Positions 1-9,060 of a stretch of DNA of 64,000 bases are shown piece by piece. A program made the translations under genes and the position numbers. Origin of the DNA: Salpingoeca rosetta (taxonomy: Eukaryota > Protista > Choanoflagellata); contig JAWQFM010000029.1 of the NCBI GenBank assembly GCA_033442325.1, forward strand, positions 214,966 through 278,965, written 5' to 3'. The notes beneath the pieces were generated by a model. It saw nothing but the letters and a program-made list of their open reading frames with translations, ran no database searches and was not told where the DNA came from. Positions within the stretch are counted from its first letter, which is position 1; each line of letters begins with the position of its first letter.

Positions 1-15
1 GCGTTTGACACTGGC

Positions 16-3000
16 ATGGAGCTGATACGCCGCCGCGACGACTTGTACCAGCGTGCACTGGCGAGCCTGATGATGGCGTGGGCGCTCAAGACGCTGCTTG
101 AGGACGAGGACTGCGACGAAACGCTCATCGCCAAGGTGCAGAAGAGCAAGTGCGTGCTGCACCTGCTGGACGCCCTGGGCAGCTTCCACCGCAACCTCAC
201 GTTCCAGACGACGTGTGCGCGAGGGGTGCGGCTGCTGCTGCGGCTCAACATCATGTTCCGGCTGCAGGTTGCCCAGCACCCTGGGGGCATTGGCAGTGTC
301 ATGGAGGTGTTGCGGCGGCGCCACCACGCGCGCGAGCTGCTGCCCATCCTGTACTCGCTGCTGGACCAGCTCGACGTGCCGGACCTGCGCCTGGGCATCA
401 AGGCGATGGACATGTCGACTGCGTCGCAGGTGATCAGCGCCATGGTGCTGCACAAGGACGCGCGCGACGTGCAGCGGTTTGGGTGCGGCCTGCTGGTGCA
501 CTTGCTGCACGCGTCCAGCGTGGACGGCATGGCGGACATGATTTACAGCGGGGGTGGCGTTGGGCTGGGCCTTGACGCCGTGCGGCGGTTCAAGGATGAC
601 GTGCACGTGGTGACGTCTGGCCTTGCGCTGGTGGCTGGCTTGCTTCAGCAGCTTGAGGACGACGTCGCTGTGGTGGAGGAGGTGCTGCAGGCCGGGGGCG
701 CACCACTCACTGTCACTGCAATGGCAGCACACCTGGACCCGCGCGACGACAGCGACGAATTTGTGCAGGAGATTGGGTGCGAGGTTCTCACGTTCCTCAC
801 AGAGGCCGGCGACGAGCACTGCCTGCACGTGGTGGAGTGCGGCGGGCTGTGTGCTCTGCTGGACGCGGTGGAGACGTTTCCCGACAGCAGCAAGATCCTG
901 CGTGCGGCCATTCCGGCGCTGAGGAACGTCTCATACCTGCCCGGCTGCGTGGCTGACATGTGCAAGCACGCGGTGGTGCCGCGGGCACGGGAGATGCTGT
1001 GGGAGTCCTCAAACGAGGACAGGCTGCTGGCGGCACTGGACCTGCTTTCCAACGTGTGGCACCACGACATGGACGTGCCGACGCTTGACGATGTCAAGGC
1101 GCTCGTGTTTGTGCTTCGGCACGTGATGAACAATCACACGAGCGTGCACCGCCGCGCGTGTCAGATGGCTGCCACCCTGCTGTCGAAGCGGCCGGGCGTG
1201 GCGCCGCTGCCTGTGGCCACGGAGCTGGCGGAGGCGCTGATTGGGCTGCTGTGCTTGAGAGAGGCTGAGGCCGTGGTGATCAGCGAGGCGTGCTCAGCCC
1301 TGTGGGTTCTCCTTGACCAGCGGCCCTCCGTCTTGGAAGCCGTGGTGGACAGCGCTGCCGCCAGCGCTGCTGCCACCGCCAACAACAGAACCAACAGCAA
1401 CAGCAACAACAACAGGAGCAACACTATCAACAACAGGAGCAACACCACCGTCAACAGGAGCAACAACACCAACACCAACAACAACAACAGCAGCAGCAAC
1501 AGCCGCAGGGGCGGGAGTCGCCGCCAAGCCAACTCCAGCGGCGCTGCAATCGATGATGGCGATGGTGAAGGCCTGCGCGTGCGTGGTGGTGATGATGAGC
1601 ATGGTGATGATGACAATGACGCAAACACGCCCACAAACGTGTATCGCGCCATGTTGAATGCACTTGAGGTGGACATGCTGAACTTGGATACGCACCTGTA
1701 CGTGTACCGGCTACTGAGGGCGCTGGTGGCGATCAAAACGCGCGACGCGCACGGGGTTGCGCAGGGTATGCAAGAGGTGGGGCTGATCCCCGTTGTGATG
1801 CAGCGGCTCGACTGGTTCATGGACGAGCCAGACCTGGTGACGACGGGCTTGTGCATACTGGTTAACGTGAGCATGCTCAACGAGCAGGCGAAGCTGCAAA
1901 TTGCGACCAAGCGCGGGCTGGACACGCTGGTCTCGGCCATGTGGCTGCACGCGAACGACCCCGACCTGCAGGCTTCTGCGTGCAAGGTTATGTACACGCT
2001 TTCCTCCCACCCAAGGACTGCGCCTCAGCTGTGGGAGACGGGGCTGATTCGCGACGTGCACCGCATAATGACGCTGCACCCGGGAGACAATGACCTGCTG
2101 TACGACCCAGCCTCTCTGCTGTTCAACCTGGCCCACACCTCCGGAGCCAACGTCGTGGATGCGATATGGGAGCGGCCGGGCCTTGTGCAGGCGTTTGTTG
2201 CGGGGCGACGCTACCAGTGGGCCGCCAGCGACACCGTGACTATGCTGGCGGTGATGCTGAGTACGTTGGCCATGCCAGCGGGAGCGATGTCACTTGTCGA
2301 GATGGGGAGGCTGTGGCAGGCGGCGCCATCCTCGGCCGTCCTGCGCCTGATGCACGCCCGCCCCGACGCCGCTCGCTGCAACATTGTCGTGGCTGACGGC
2401 CGCACCGTGTCGCTGCTGCACGAGTGCTTCGACGCGTGGGGAGCTGTCATCTGCGCAAAAGACCCTGTGTATGCCATGGAGCAGTTCAACATTGTGTTGT
2501 CGAGCGAGGAGGCGAGCCAGCTCCTGGTCGAGGCCGTGTGCGAGGCCATCGTGATGATGGCTGCGACAGCCCAGATTACGCTTGAATCGCGGGTGCGAGC
2601 TGTGGTGGAAGAGCTGGTGCGGTCTGTGGCAAAACGGCTGGCGCGGCACATGGCCACAGAGAGCACGGCTCTCGCTGCCTGCGCAGCCACACTCTCCCTG
2701 GCGAAGCTGGAGCTGCGCATGTGGACGGACCTTGCCCAGCGCACCCCAGCCAACGGAGGTGTAGGCGACGGCAGCTTCGAAGGAGGAGGGGGCAGCGATG
2801 GCGATGATGAAATGCTGAAGCTGACAGGACAGCTCAACGAGTCTGTACAACAGCAAGGGCAGCAACAGCAAGGGCAGCAACAGCAAGGGCAGCAACAGCA
2901 ACAGCAAGGGCAGCAACAGCAACAGCAAGGGCAGAGGCGGCAAGATCAGCAACAACAAGAGCTCGGTCGTTCTAACGCCGTTGCGACGACTGCAGCTGAT

Positions 3001-6000
3001 GACGATAATCACGATGCGGGTGATGAAGGTACACTGGGCCTTGATACCGGCAACAGCAGCAGCAACTTGGATGGCACGGCGAAGCAAGACGATGACAACG
3101 CAGGTGGACAGCGGAAAGGCGGCAATGATGGCGCCACAGCTGTTCACCACAGCTGTGGCAATTGTTCCACGAAGGAGGGCCGCAAAAGAGAAGCTGATCA
3201 GGTGGCAACGAACAGCGCAGGACGTGTGAGGGACGGTGACAGCGTCGGCGACAACGACGGTGACAACGACGACGACGCGGCTGTTGCACTGATGACAACG
3301 CTGCCCAAGCTGTCGCGTGACAGCGGGTACACGACACGCACCAGCCTGCTTTCCGAACCCACGCATGAGGTGGAGGAGTTTGAACAGAGCGAGCCGCAGG
3401 AGGACGACTCCTTGCCACGGGGCTCCATCTCATGTGGTGGTGGTGAGGGGGCGAAGGAAGATGTGCATGTAATGACAACTGATGCTCCTGAAAGCACACC
3501 TGTCAGCAGCGGCGGCGGCAAGGGCAAAGAAGGAGGCGATGAGGAGGCTGCTGTCAACTCCAGCGCGCTCGCTGCCAAGACCACTGCCAGCAGCAGCAGC
3601 AGCAGCAGCAGGAGTGCGACAGCCGCCAAATCGACCGTCAACACAACCAGCACCGCCAATGACACCAATTCGACAACGACGACAATGGCCACATCTACGA
3701 CCATCGCTTCTTCCGCTGCCACCAAGAACAACACCAGTGACACGAACTCGACGACCAACGACAGCAGCAACACAACCACTAACACCAGCAAGAACGGTGA
3801 ACGTGACCTTGATCCAGACACACTGGCGACCTATGATCGTTTGCTGTCCAACGCGTGCGCTGGCGGAACTGGCGACATGACCCCGGCAAGCGCAGCAGCA
3901 ACGGCAGTACCCAAGCGGACAGCAAAGTCGGCAGCAAAGGCCGCACGACAGGCTGCGATGCGGGCGTCACGAAAGGCGCCGCGGAAACCTTCACGCAAGG
4001 CATCGAAGAGAGGGGCACGGACACCGGCGAAGAAGAAGAAGAAGAAGAAGGCAACACAACAGAAGGCAGCAGAGGCAGCGCCGGCAGCAGCAGCGCGCAC
4101 GACAAAGCCGAAAGGGGAGGCAGCAGCAGCAGCAGCAGCAACAAAAGGTGCTAAGGTGAAGGCTACCAAAACACAGGCCGCACCTTCTACTTCGTCTTCT
4201 TCGTCGTTCCAAGCGACAAAGGCAAGAGCGGCCGCTGCATCGCAGGAGGAATGCACGATTATCTTCCACAGCAGCAGCAACGATGACGACGATGACGACG
4301 ATGATGATAGGGCCGAGGCTGATGCCGCGATTGTTGCAAGGCATGGCGCCCTTCTAGAGCGCGCGTGCACCGATGCCAGGCAGGCCACCACCGCCGCTGC
4401 ACCCCCGTCCTCGACAACAGCATCATCTAGGGGCGCAGATTTTGATGAGCGCACAATCATCTTTCACAGCAGTACCGACACCAGCGATGAGGACTGTGGC
4501 ACCTATGACGTCAGCGAAGTGGAGAGGATTGAAGGCCATGCCAGCCGCGACAGCACCAACAACAGCGGCAGCAACAGCCGGCGAGGTGGTGGCAACGAGC
4601 TAGTAGACCCAGAGGAGCTTGCACACTACGACCGGCTCGTGGAAGGCGCGTGTCAGGGCAATCGTGCCGCACCCGCATCGGCAAGCACCGATGTAGCCAC
4701 AGCAAACACAGACGCAGGAACAGCAGCGGGTACATCGACGACAAGGGTGCCACAACGCGAAGAGTGCACCATCGTGTTCCACAGCAGCACTGACGACGAT
4801 GGTGATGATGATGTTGTTCATGGCGGGGATGATGGCGGTGATGATGACGACGATGATGGCCACGATGGTCACGATGATTATGATGATCGTGGCAGGGGTG
4901 ACTGTGGTGACGGTAGCGGCGGTGATGATGAGAGCAATGACATGGGCGGTGTGGATGGTGCTGAGCAATTTGCGAGCAGCGGCGGGTGTGGCGCACTGCC
5001 ATTTTCCCTGTCTGGGTTTCCGCTGAGCACGGCCAAGTGGAGCGTGCGTGGGCTGCTTGCGGTCATGGAGGCGCACCCACGGAATGCGGAGCTGCAGCAC
5101 GTGTGCTGCGCCGCATTCAAGGTGCTGGCGGAGGCAGGGAGCGAGCTGTCTGCCCAAGTCAAGCGCACGGCCGTGGCTCGGGTGCGGGCGATGATGCTGG
5201 AGTTTCCGCACAACGACACGCTGTTCCACATCGGCGTAGCCACGCTTGGGCAGATGTCTGCGGTGGACATGGACTACGCGAGCGCAATTGTGGCCGAGGG
5301 CTGCGTGGACACGCTGGTTGAGCTTGCCGAGCAGCACATGCAAGACGCGGCAGCGCAGGTGTGCGTGTGCATGATGATGCGCAATTTGCTTTTGTACGAC
5401 CCGACGCATATGGCCGTGGAGACGCCAGCGGTGCAGTGCCTGATGATGGACGTGATGTTTGCGCACCGGGACAATGTGCGGGTGCAGGAGCCGGTGATGA
5501 CGCTGCTGGCTACGGCCCCGCCCAGCGACGAATACCACCAGCGGTTGGCTTCTGAGGGCATGATACCGTGGCTGGAAGACGTGCTGTACAAGTTCAGCGG
5601 CCACCACCAGCTGACGGGGCCGGCAAACAGCCTCCTGCAACAGCTGAATGCGTATGCGAGCAGCCACCAGGAAGAGGTGCCGCCCCTCTTTCGAGGAACG
5701 TTTTCGTTGGACACCATTCCCGAGGTCAGCGAGGACGAGCGCGGGCACAACGGCAGCGGTGATGGTGGTGATGGTGGTGGTGATGGTGGTGGTGATGATG
5801 GTGGTGATGGTGGTGATGATGGTGATGATGGTGATGATGGTGATGATGGCGAGCATGGAAGTGATGACGGCGAGTATGGTGGTGGTGATGGTGGTCAGAG
5901 TGGCCTGAACCCTGATGACGATCGTCGGTGCGATGAAAAGAGCCCCATCGATGCACGCGATGATGATGAGAATCACAGTGCTGAAAGCGGCGATGACAGC

Positions 6001-6015
6001 GACAGCAAAGAATGA
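16..6015 (+). CDS. Large armadillo/ARM-repeat protein with low-complexity inserts (5' end may lie outside the window)
   Basis: 1999-aa intronless ORF with repeated helical units ('AMVLHKDARDVQRFGCGLL', 'AMWLHANDPDLQASACKVM', 'VMEAHPRNAELQHVCCAAF') typical of ARM repeats. N-, Q-, T- and D-rich spacers. Confidence 0.7.
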   Translation: MELIRRRDDLYQRALASLMMAWALKTLLEDEDCDETLIAKVQKSKCVLHLLDALGSFHRNLTFQTTCARGVRLLLRLNIMFRLQVAQHPGGIGSVMEVLRRRHHARELLPILYSLLDQLDVPDLRLGIKAMDMSTASQVISAMVLHKDARDVQRFGCGLLVHLLHASSVDGMADMIYSGGGVGLGLDAVRRFKDDVHVVTSGLALVAGLLQQLEDDVAVVEEVLQAGGAPLTVTAMAAHLDPRDDSDEFVQEIGCEVLTFLTEAGDEHCLHVVECGGLCALLDAVETFPDSSKILRAAIPALRNVSYLPGCVADMCKHAVVPRAREMLWESSNEDRLLAALDLLSNVWHHDMDVPTLDDVKALVFVLRHVMNNHTSVHRRACQMAATLLSKRPGVAPLPVATELAEALIGLLCLREAEAVVISEACSALWVLLDQRPSVLEAVVDSAAASAAATANNRTNSNSNNNRSNTINNRSNTTVNRSNNTNTNNNNSSSNSRRGGSRRQANSSGAAIDDGDGEGLRVRGGDDEHGDDDNDANTPTNVYRAMLNALEVDMLNLDTHLYVYRLLRALVAIKTRDAHGVAQGMQEVGLIPVVMQRLDWFMDEPDLVTTGLCILVNVSMLNEQAKLQIATKRGLDTLVSAMWLHANDPDLQASACKVMYTLSSHPRTAPQLWETGLIRDVHRIMTLHPGDNDLLYDPASLLFNLAHTSGANVVDAIWERPGLVQAFVAGRRYQWAASDTVTMLAVMLSTLAMPAGAMSLVEMGRLWQAAPSSAVLRLMHARPDAARCNIVVADGRTVSLLHECFDAWGAVICAKDPVYAMEQFNIVLSSEEASQLLVEAVCEAIVMMAATAQITLESRVRAVVEELVRSVAKRLARHMATESTALAACAATLSLAKLELRMWTDLAQRTPANGGVGDGSFEGGGGSDGDDEMLKLTGQLNESVQQQGQQQQGQQQQGQQQQQQGQQQQQQGQRRQDQQQQELGRSNAVATTAADDDNHDAGDEGTLGLDTGNSSSNLDGTAKQDDDNAGGQRKGGNDGATAVHHSCGNCSTKEGRKREADQVATNSAGRVRDGDSVGDNDGDNDDDAAVALMTTLPKLSRDSGYTTRTSLLSEPTHEVEEFEQSEPQEDDSLPRGSISCGGGEGAKEDVHVMTTDAPESTPVSSGGGKGKEGGDEEAAVNSSALAAKTTASSSSSSSRSATAAKSTVNTTSTANDTNSTTTTMATSTTIASSAATKNNTSDTNSTTNDSSNTTTNTSKNGERDLDPDTLATYDRLLSNACAGGTGDMTPASAAATAVPKRTAKSAAKAARQAAMRASRKAPRKPSRKASKRGARTPAKKKKKKKATQQKAAEAAPAAAARTTKPKGEAAAAAAATKGAKVKATKTQAAPSTSSSSSFQATKARAAAASQEECTIIFHSSSNDDDDDDDDDRAEADAAIVARHGALLERACTDARQATTAAAPPSSTTASSRGADFDERTIIFHSSTDTSDEDCGTYDVSEVERIEGHASRDSTNNSGSNSRRGGGNELVDPEELAHYDRLVEGACQGNRAAPASASTDVATANTDAGTAAGTSTTRVPQREECTIVFHSSTDDDGDDDVVHGGDDGGDDDDDDGHDGHDDYDDRGRGDCGDGSGGDDESNDMGGVDGAEQFASSGGCGALPFSLSGFPLSTAKWSVRGLLAVMEAHPRNAELQHVCCAAFKVLAEAGSELSAQVKRTAVARVRAMMLEFPHNDTLFHIGVATLGQMSAVDMDYASAIVAEGCVDTLVELAEQHMQDAAAQVCVCMMMRNLLLYDPTHMAVETPAVQCLMMDVMFAHRDNVRVQEPVMTLLATAPPSDEYHQRLASEGMIPWLEDVLYKFSGHHQLTGPANSLLQQLNAYASSHQEEVPPLFRGTFSLDTIPEVSEDERGHNGSGDGGDGGGDGGGDDGGDGGDDGDDGDDGDDGEHGSDDGEYGGGDGGQSGLNPDDDRRCDEKSPIDARDDDENHSAESGDDSDSKE

Positions 6016-6053
6016 GGCGAAGAGCACGGGCAGGGGAACTCTGATGGCTTCAC

Positions 6054-6130
<77 letters not shown>
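6054..6130. repeat. (GAT)n microsatellite
   Basis: Direct inspection. Confidence 0.95.
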
Positions 6131-6650
6131 GTGGTGATGGGGTTGTGGATGGTGAAGGTAACGCTGAATGTGACGAGAAGGACGAGGATGGTAAAGGCGA
6201 TAATCGCGCTCGCGGACAGTGAGGAAGAAGCGGCAGCAAAACAGATTGTGATTGCAGTTATTATGAGTTGTCATTCGTCTAACACGCTTGCTTCCTTTGT
6301 ACATGCAGTTTAACTGGTCTCACTGATGTGAATAGAAGGTACAACATTCAGAAGTAATGTAACGTGAAGGTGGATGGAAGGGGTGCACGTGAGAAGATTA
6401 AGGGAGAGAAAGGAAATGAGGGCAGGGGGGGGGGGGCAAGGAGATGGGAGCGAGCCAGGGAGGGAGATGGACAGCAACACATACTTATTGAAGAGACAGT
6501 GAGTGTCACACACATTTGTTACCACGCAAACCACACACACACATAAACACACACACACACACATAAACACACACACTCACATAAACACATAAACACACAC
6601 ATACATACACATAAACACATAAACACACACATGCACGCACGCACACACGG

Positions 6651-8039
6651 TTAGAGCGTGATGGCCCCCGCAAAGCAGCATGTGGCAGGGCCGGTCATGG
6701 TGAGTGGGGCGTGAGGGTGACCTGTCCAGTGGACCGTGAGATCACCACCTCGCATGCTGACTGTGATACCGGCGCTTGCAAGCACGTGACCATGCAGCAC
6801 AGCCGCAGCTACAGCAGCGCATGCACCCGTCCCGCACGCCAGCGTCTCTCCCGCGCCCCGCTCAAAGATGCGCAGCCGCACATGCGTTGGCGTCAGCACT
6901 TGCATAAACTCCACGTTGACTGAGTCGGGAAAGCAAGCGCGCATGCTCTGCAATGCACTTCCAAGTTTGTGCACGTCCACATCGTCCACGCTCGTGTCCA
7001 GCAGCACCACCGCGTGCGGGTTGCCCATGTCCACGATCCACACCGGTCGGGGTTGCGGCACTCCAGGTAAGCTCAACTCTCCAGCGGCAACGGCCTCAGC
7101 CACTGTACGGCCGCCGCCGCCGTCACCACCATCGCTGCTGCTGCTGCTGCTCAGCTGGAGTGTGGGCTGTTGGCGAGTGATGCGCAGCGTGCAGCCATGT
7201 TGAGTGCAGGTGATGTCGCTTCCTTCCAGGACTGCACTTGACAAGACACCGGTGCCCGAGCAGCGGGGGACACCCATGCCCACCTTCACCTGCCACGTGT
7301 GTCCAAAAGGTGGTGGGGGCAGTGACAAGGATGCAAGAACTGTCGGCGATGACTGACGCTGGTGGTCATGTGGCGTATACGCGTCAGCGTTGCCTGGCTG
7401 CAGAAGCGTGTCGTGGCTGCGCTGTGCTTCTTCGTGTTGCACCTGATGCTTGTTCACGATCTCCATGTCAAGCAAGGTGCCCTGAAGCGTCCTGACGCGA
7501 ATCCTGGGCTCGGACCACAACCCCAGGTGTTTCACAAACGCAGCCACGCAGCGTGCGCCATTGCCGCACTGGAACACCTCGCCGCCGTCTGCGTTGAAGA
7601 TGCGATAGACGAGTGGTGTGCACTGGGCGGTGTTGGAACTTGAGCCCGTGCTGCTCCGCGGCGGCGTATCCTTGTCGTCTATGTCTTCCACACGCCTTGC
7701 ACCCTCTGCGTCATCAACACGCTTTGCACCTTCTACGCATTCCACGTCTATTGCATTCTCTGCACTGTCTGTGCTTGTTGAGGTCCTGGTGGACGTGCTG
7801 GCTGCTGGTGATAGTGGTGCCGTCGCTGATGCCTGCACAAGAAGCAGCTGATCGAAGCCGACGCCAAATCGCCGATCTGCGAGCCGCTTGAGCGTCCCGT
7901 GGTCGGGATCCAGCAACCGGTGAACGACCTCGTGTGGCTGGCGCACGCCGTCCACCACCACAAAGTCGTTCCCAAGCCCTTGCATCTTCCAGAACCGCAA
8001 CACCAGCGGCGGTGGTGGTGGTGGTGGTGGTGGTGGCAT
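6651..8039 (-). CDS. dapF: Diaminopimelate epimerase (DAP lysine pathway)
   Basis: Motifs KMQGLGNDFVVVD, RRFGVGFDQLL, YRIFNADGGEVFQCGNGARC (catalytic Cys), DMGNPHAV, ERGAGETLACGTGACA (second Cys) and MTGPA. ATG at 8039 chosen; the ORF is open to 8150. Confidence 0.95.
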   Translation of the reverse strand: MPPPPPPPPPPLVLRFWKMQGLGNDFVVVDGVRQPHEVVHRLLDPDHGTLKRLADRRFGVGFDQLLLVQASATAPLSPAASTSTRTSTSTDSAENAIDVECVEGAKRVDDAEGARRVEDIDDKDTPPRSSTGSSSNTAQCTPLVYRIFNADGGEVFQCGNGARCVAAFVKHLGLWSEPRIRVRTLQGTLLDMEIVNKHQVQHEEAQRSHDTLLQPGNADAYTPHDHQRQSSPTVLASLSLPPPPFGHTWQVKVGMGVPRCSGTGVLSSAVLEGSDITCTQHGCTLRITRQQPTLQLSSSSSSDGGDGGGGRTVAEAVAAGELSLPGVPQPRPVWIVDMGNPHAVVLLDTSVDDVDVHKLGSALQSMRACFPDSVNVEFMQVLTPTHVRLRIFERGAGETLACGTGACAAVAAAVLHGHVLASAGITVSMRGGDLTVHWTGHPHAPLTMTGPATCCFAGAITL

Positions 8040-8350
8040 GGCACTCCTTTTGTGTTGGTCACGGAAGTTGAATGCAAAAGAAGTGTAAGTGCTTGCGGGG
8101 ATATTTTCGCTTGACATTTCAGGTTCATATCTTGTGTCATCCACTCGCACTCATCATACGCACTGACACACACACAGACACACTCACACAGACTCACACA
8201 CACACACACACACTCACACATACACTCACACACACACATTCACACACACTCACACACACACACACACTCACTCACACAGACTCACACACACACACACACA
8301 TTCACGCACACATACACATACAAACTCACACACACACATGCCGCTCACCT

Positions 8351-8407
8351 TTGGGTTTTTACGAAGCTGACCGTAGTAGATCAGCAGGTACCCAACAACC
8401 TGTAAAA
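8351..8407 (-). ncRNA. Candidate structured RNA: three-way junction plus pseudoknot (putative Fanzor omegaRNA 3' scaffold or dapF leader element)
   Basis: Minus strand reads TTTTAC-AGGT-TGTTGGGT-ACCT-GCTGATC-TACTAC-GGTCAGC-TTC-GTAAAA-ACCCAA. It forms P1, P2 and P3 stems, and loop TTGGGT pairs with the 3' ACCCAA. A G.U pair in P3 favours the minus strand. Confidence 0.5.
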
Positions 8408-8788
8408 CGGGGGAAGGGAGGGGGTGGGATCAAAGAGAAAAAAACAAGGAAGAAGGGGATAGTAGGGGTGCTTCACATGCGAGCCACACGTGCGAGCTGG
8501 TGTGTCGTGTGTGTTGTGTGAGTGTTAGGGGAGGGGGGGGGGTATGTGAGTGGGAGTGGGGTGAGAGCTCGAGGAGGTGAGGAGAGAAAGAAAGGAGCGC
8601 GGTCGTCTGTTCTCTGCTGTCGACAATCGTTGGCAACAGCAACCTCGAAAAATCGCAAGTTTGGAAGATTTGTGAAAACCTTCAACAAAATTCGGCAAGA
8701 TCTCGACGATGATGAACGCGTGCATGCCTTCCCCATCTTTGAGCGCCGGGAGCAGTGTAAGATTTCAGCGAGTTTTCCCCAATAAAAA

Positions 8789-8822
<34 letters not shown>

Positions 8823-9060
8823 GCACACATTCACACACACACAGGCACACACACAAGCACTCACACACACACCTGTGTCCAGCCAGCATGCAGGCACAAG
8901 CTGCAGCATGTGCGTGCTGAAGGACTTTGCCCGGTGCACGCCGCTTTCCCCTCGTCCTCGTTCGCCTCCCGGCTTCTCTTCTCTTGGTTGCCCCGCCCCA
9001 ATCGCTCGACGTGTGAACATGTGCTGTGTCGGCGATTACTCCTCCCTCCCCCGTGCGCGG

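Noticed and set aside
8351-8407. Hammerhead ribozyme, or TPP or lysine riboswitch
   Set aside because: It lacks the CUGANGA/GAAA core and the TPP UGAGA motif, and it is far shorter than the lysine aptamer.
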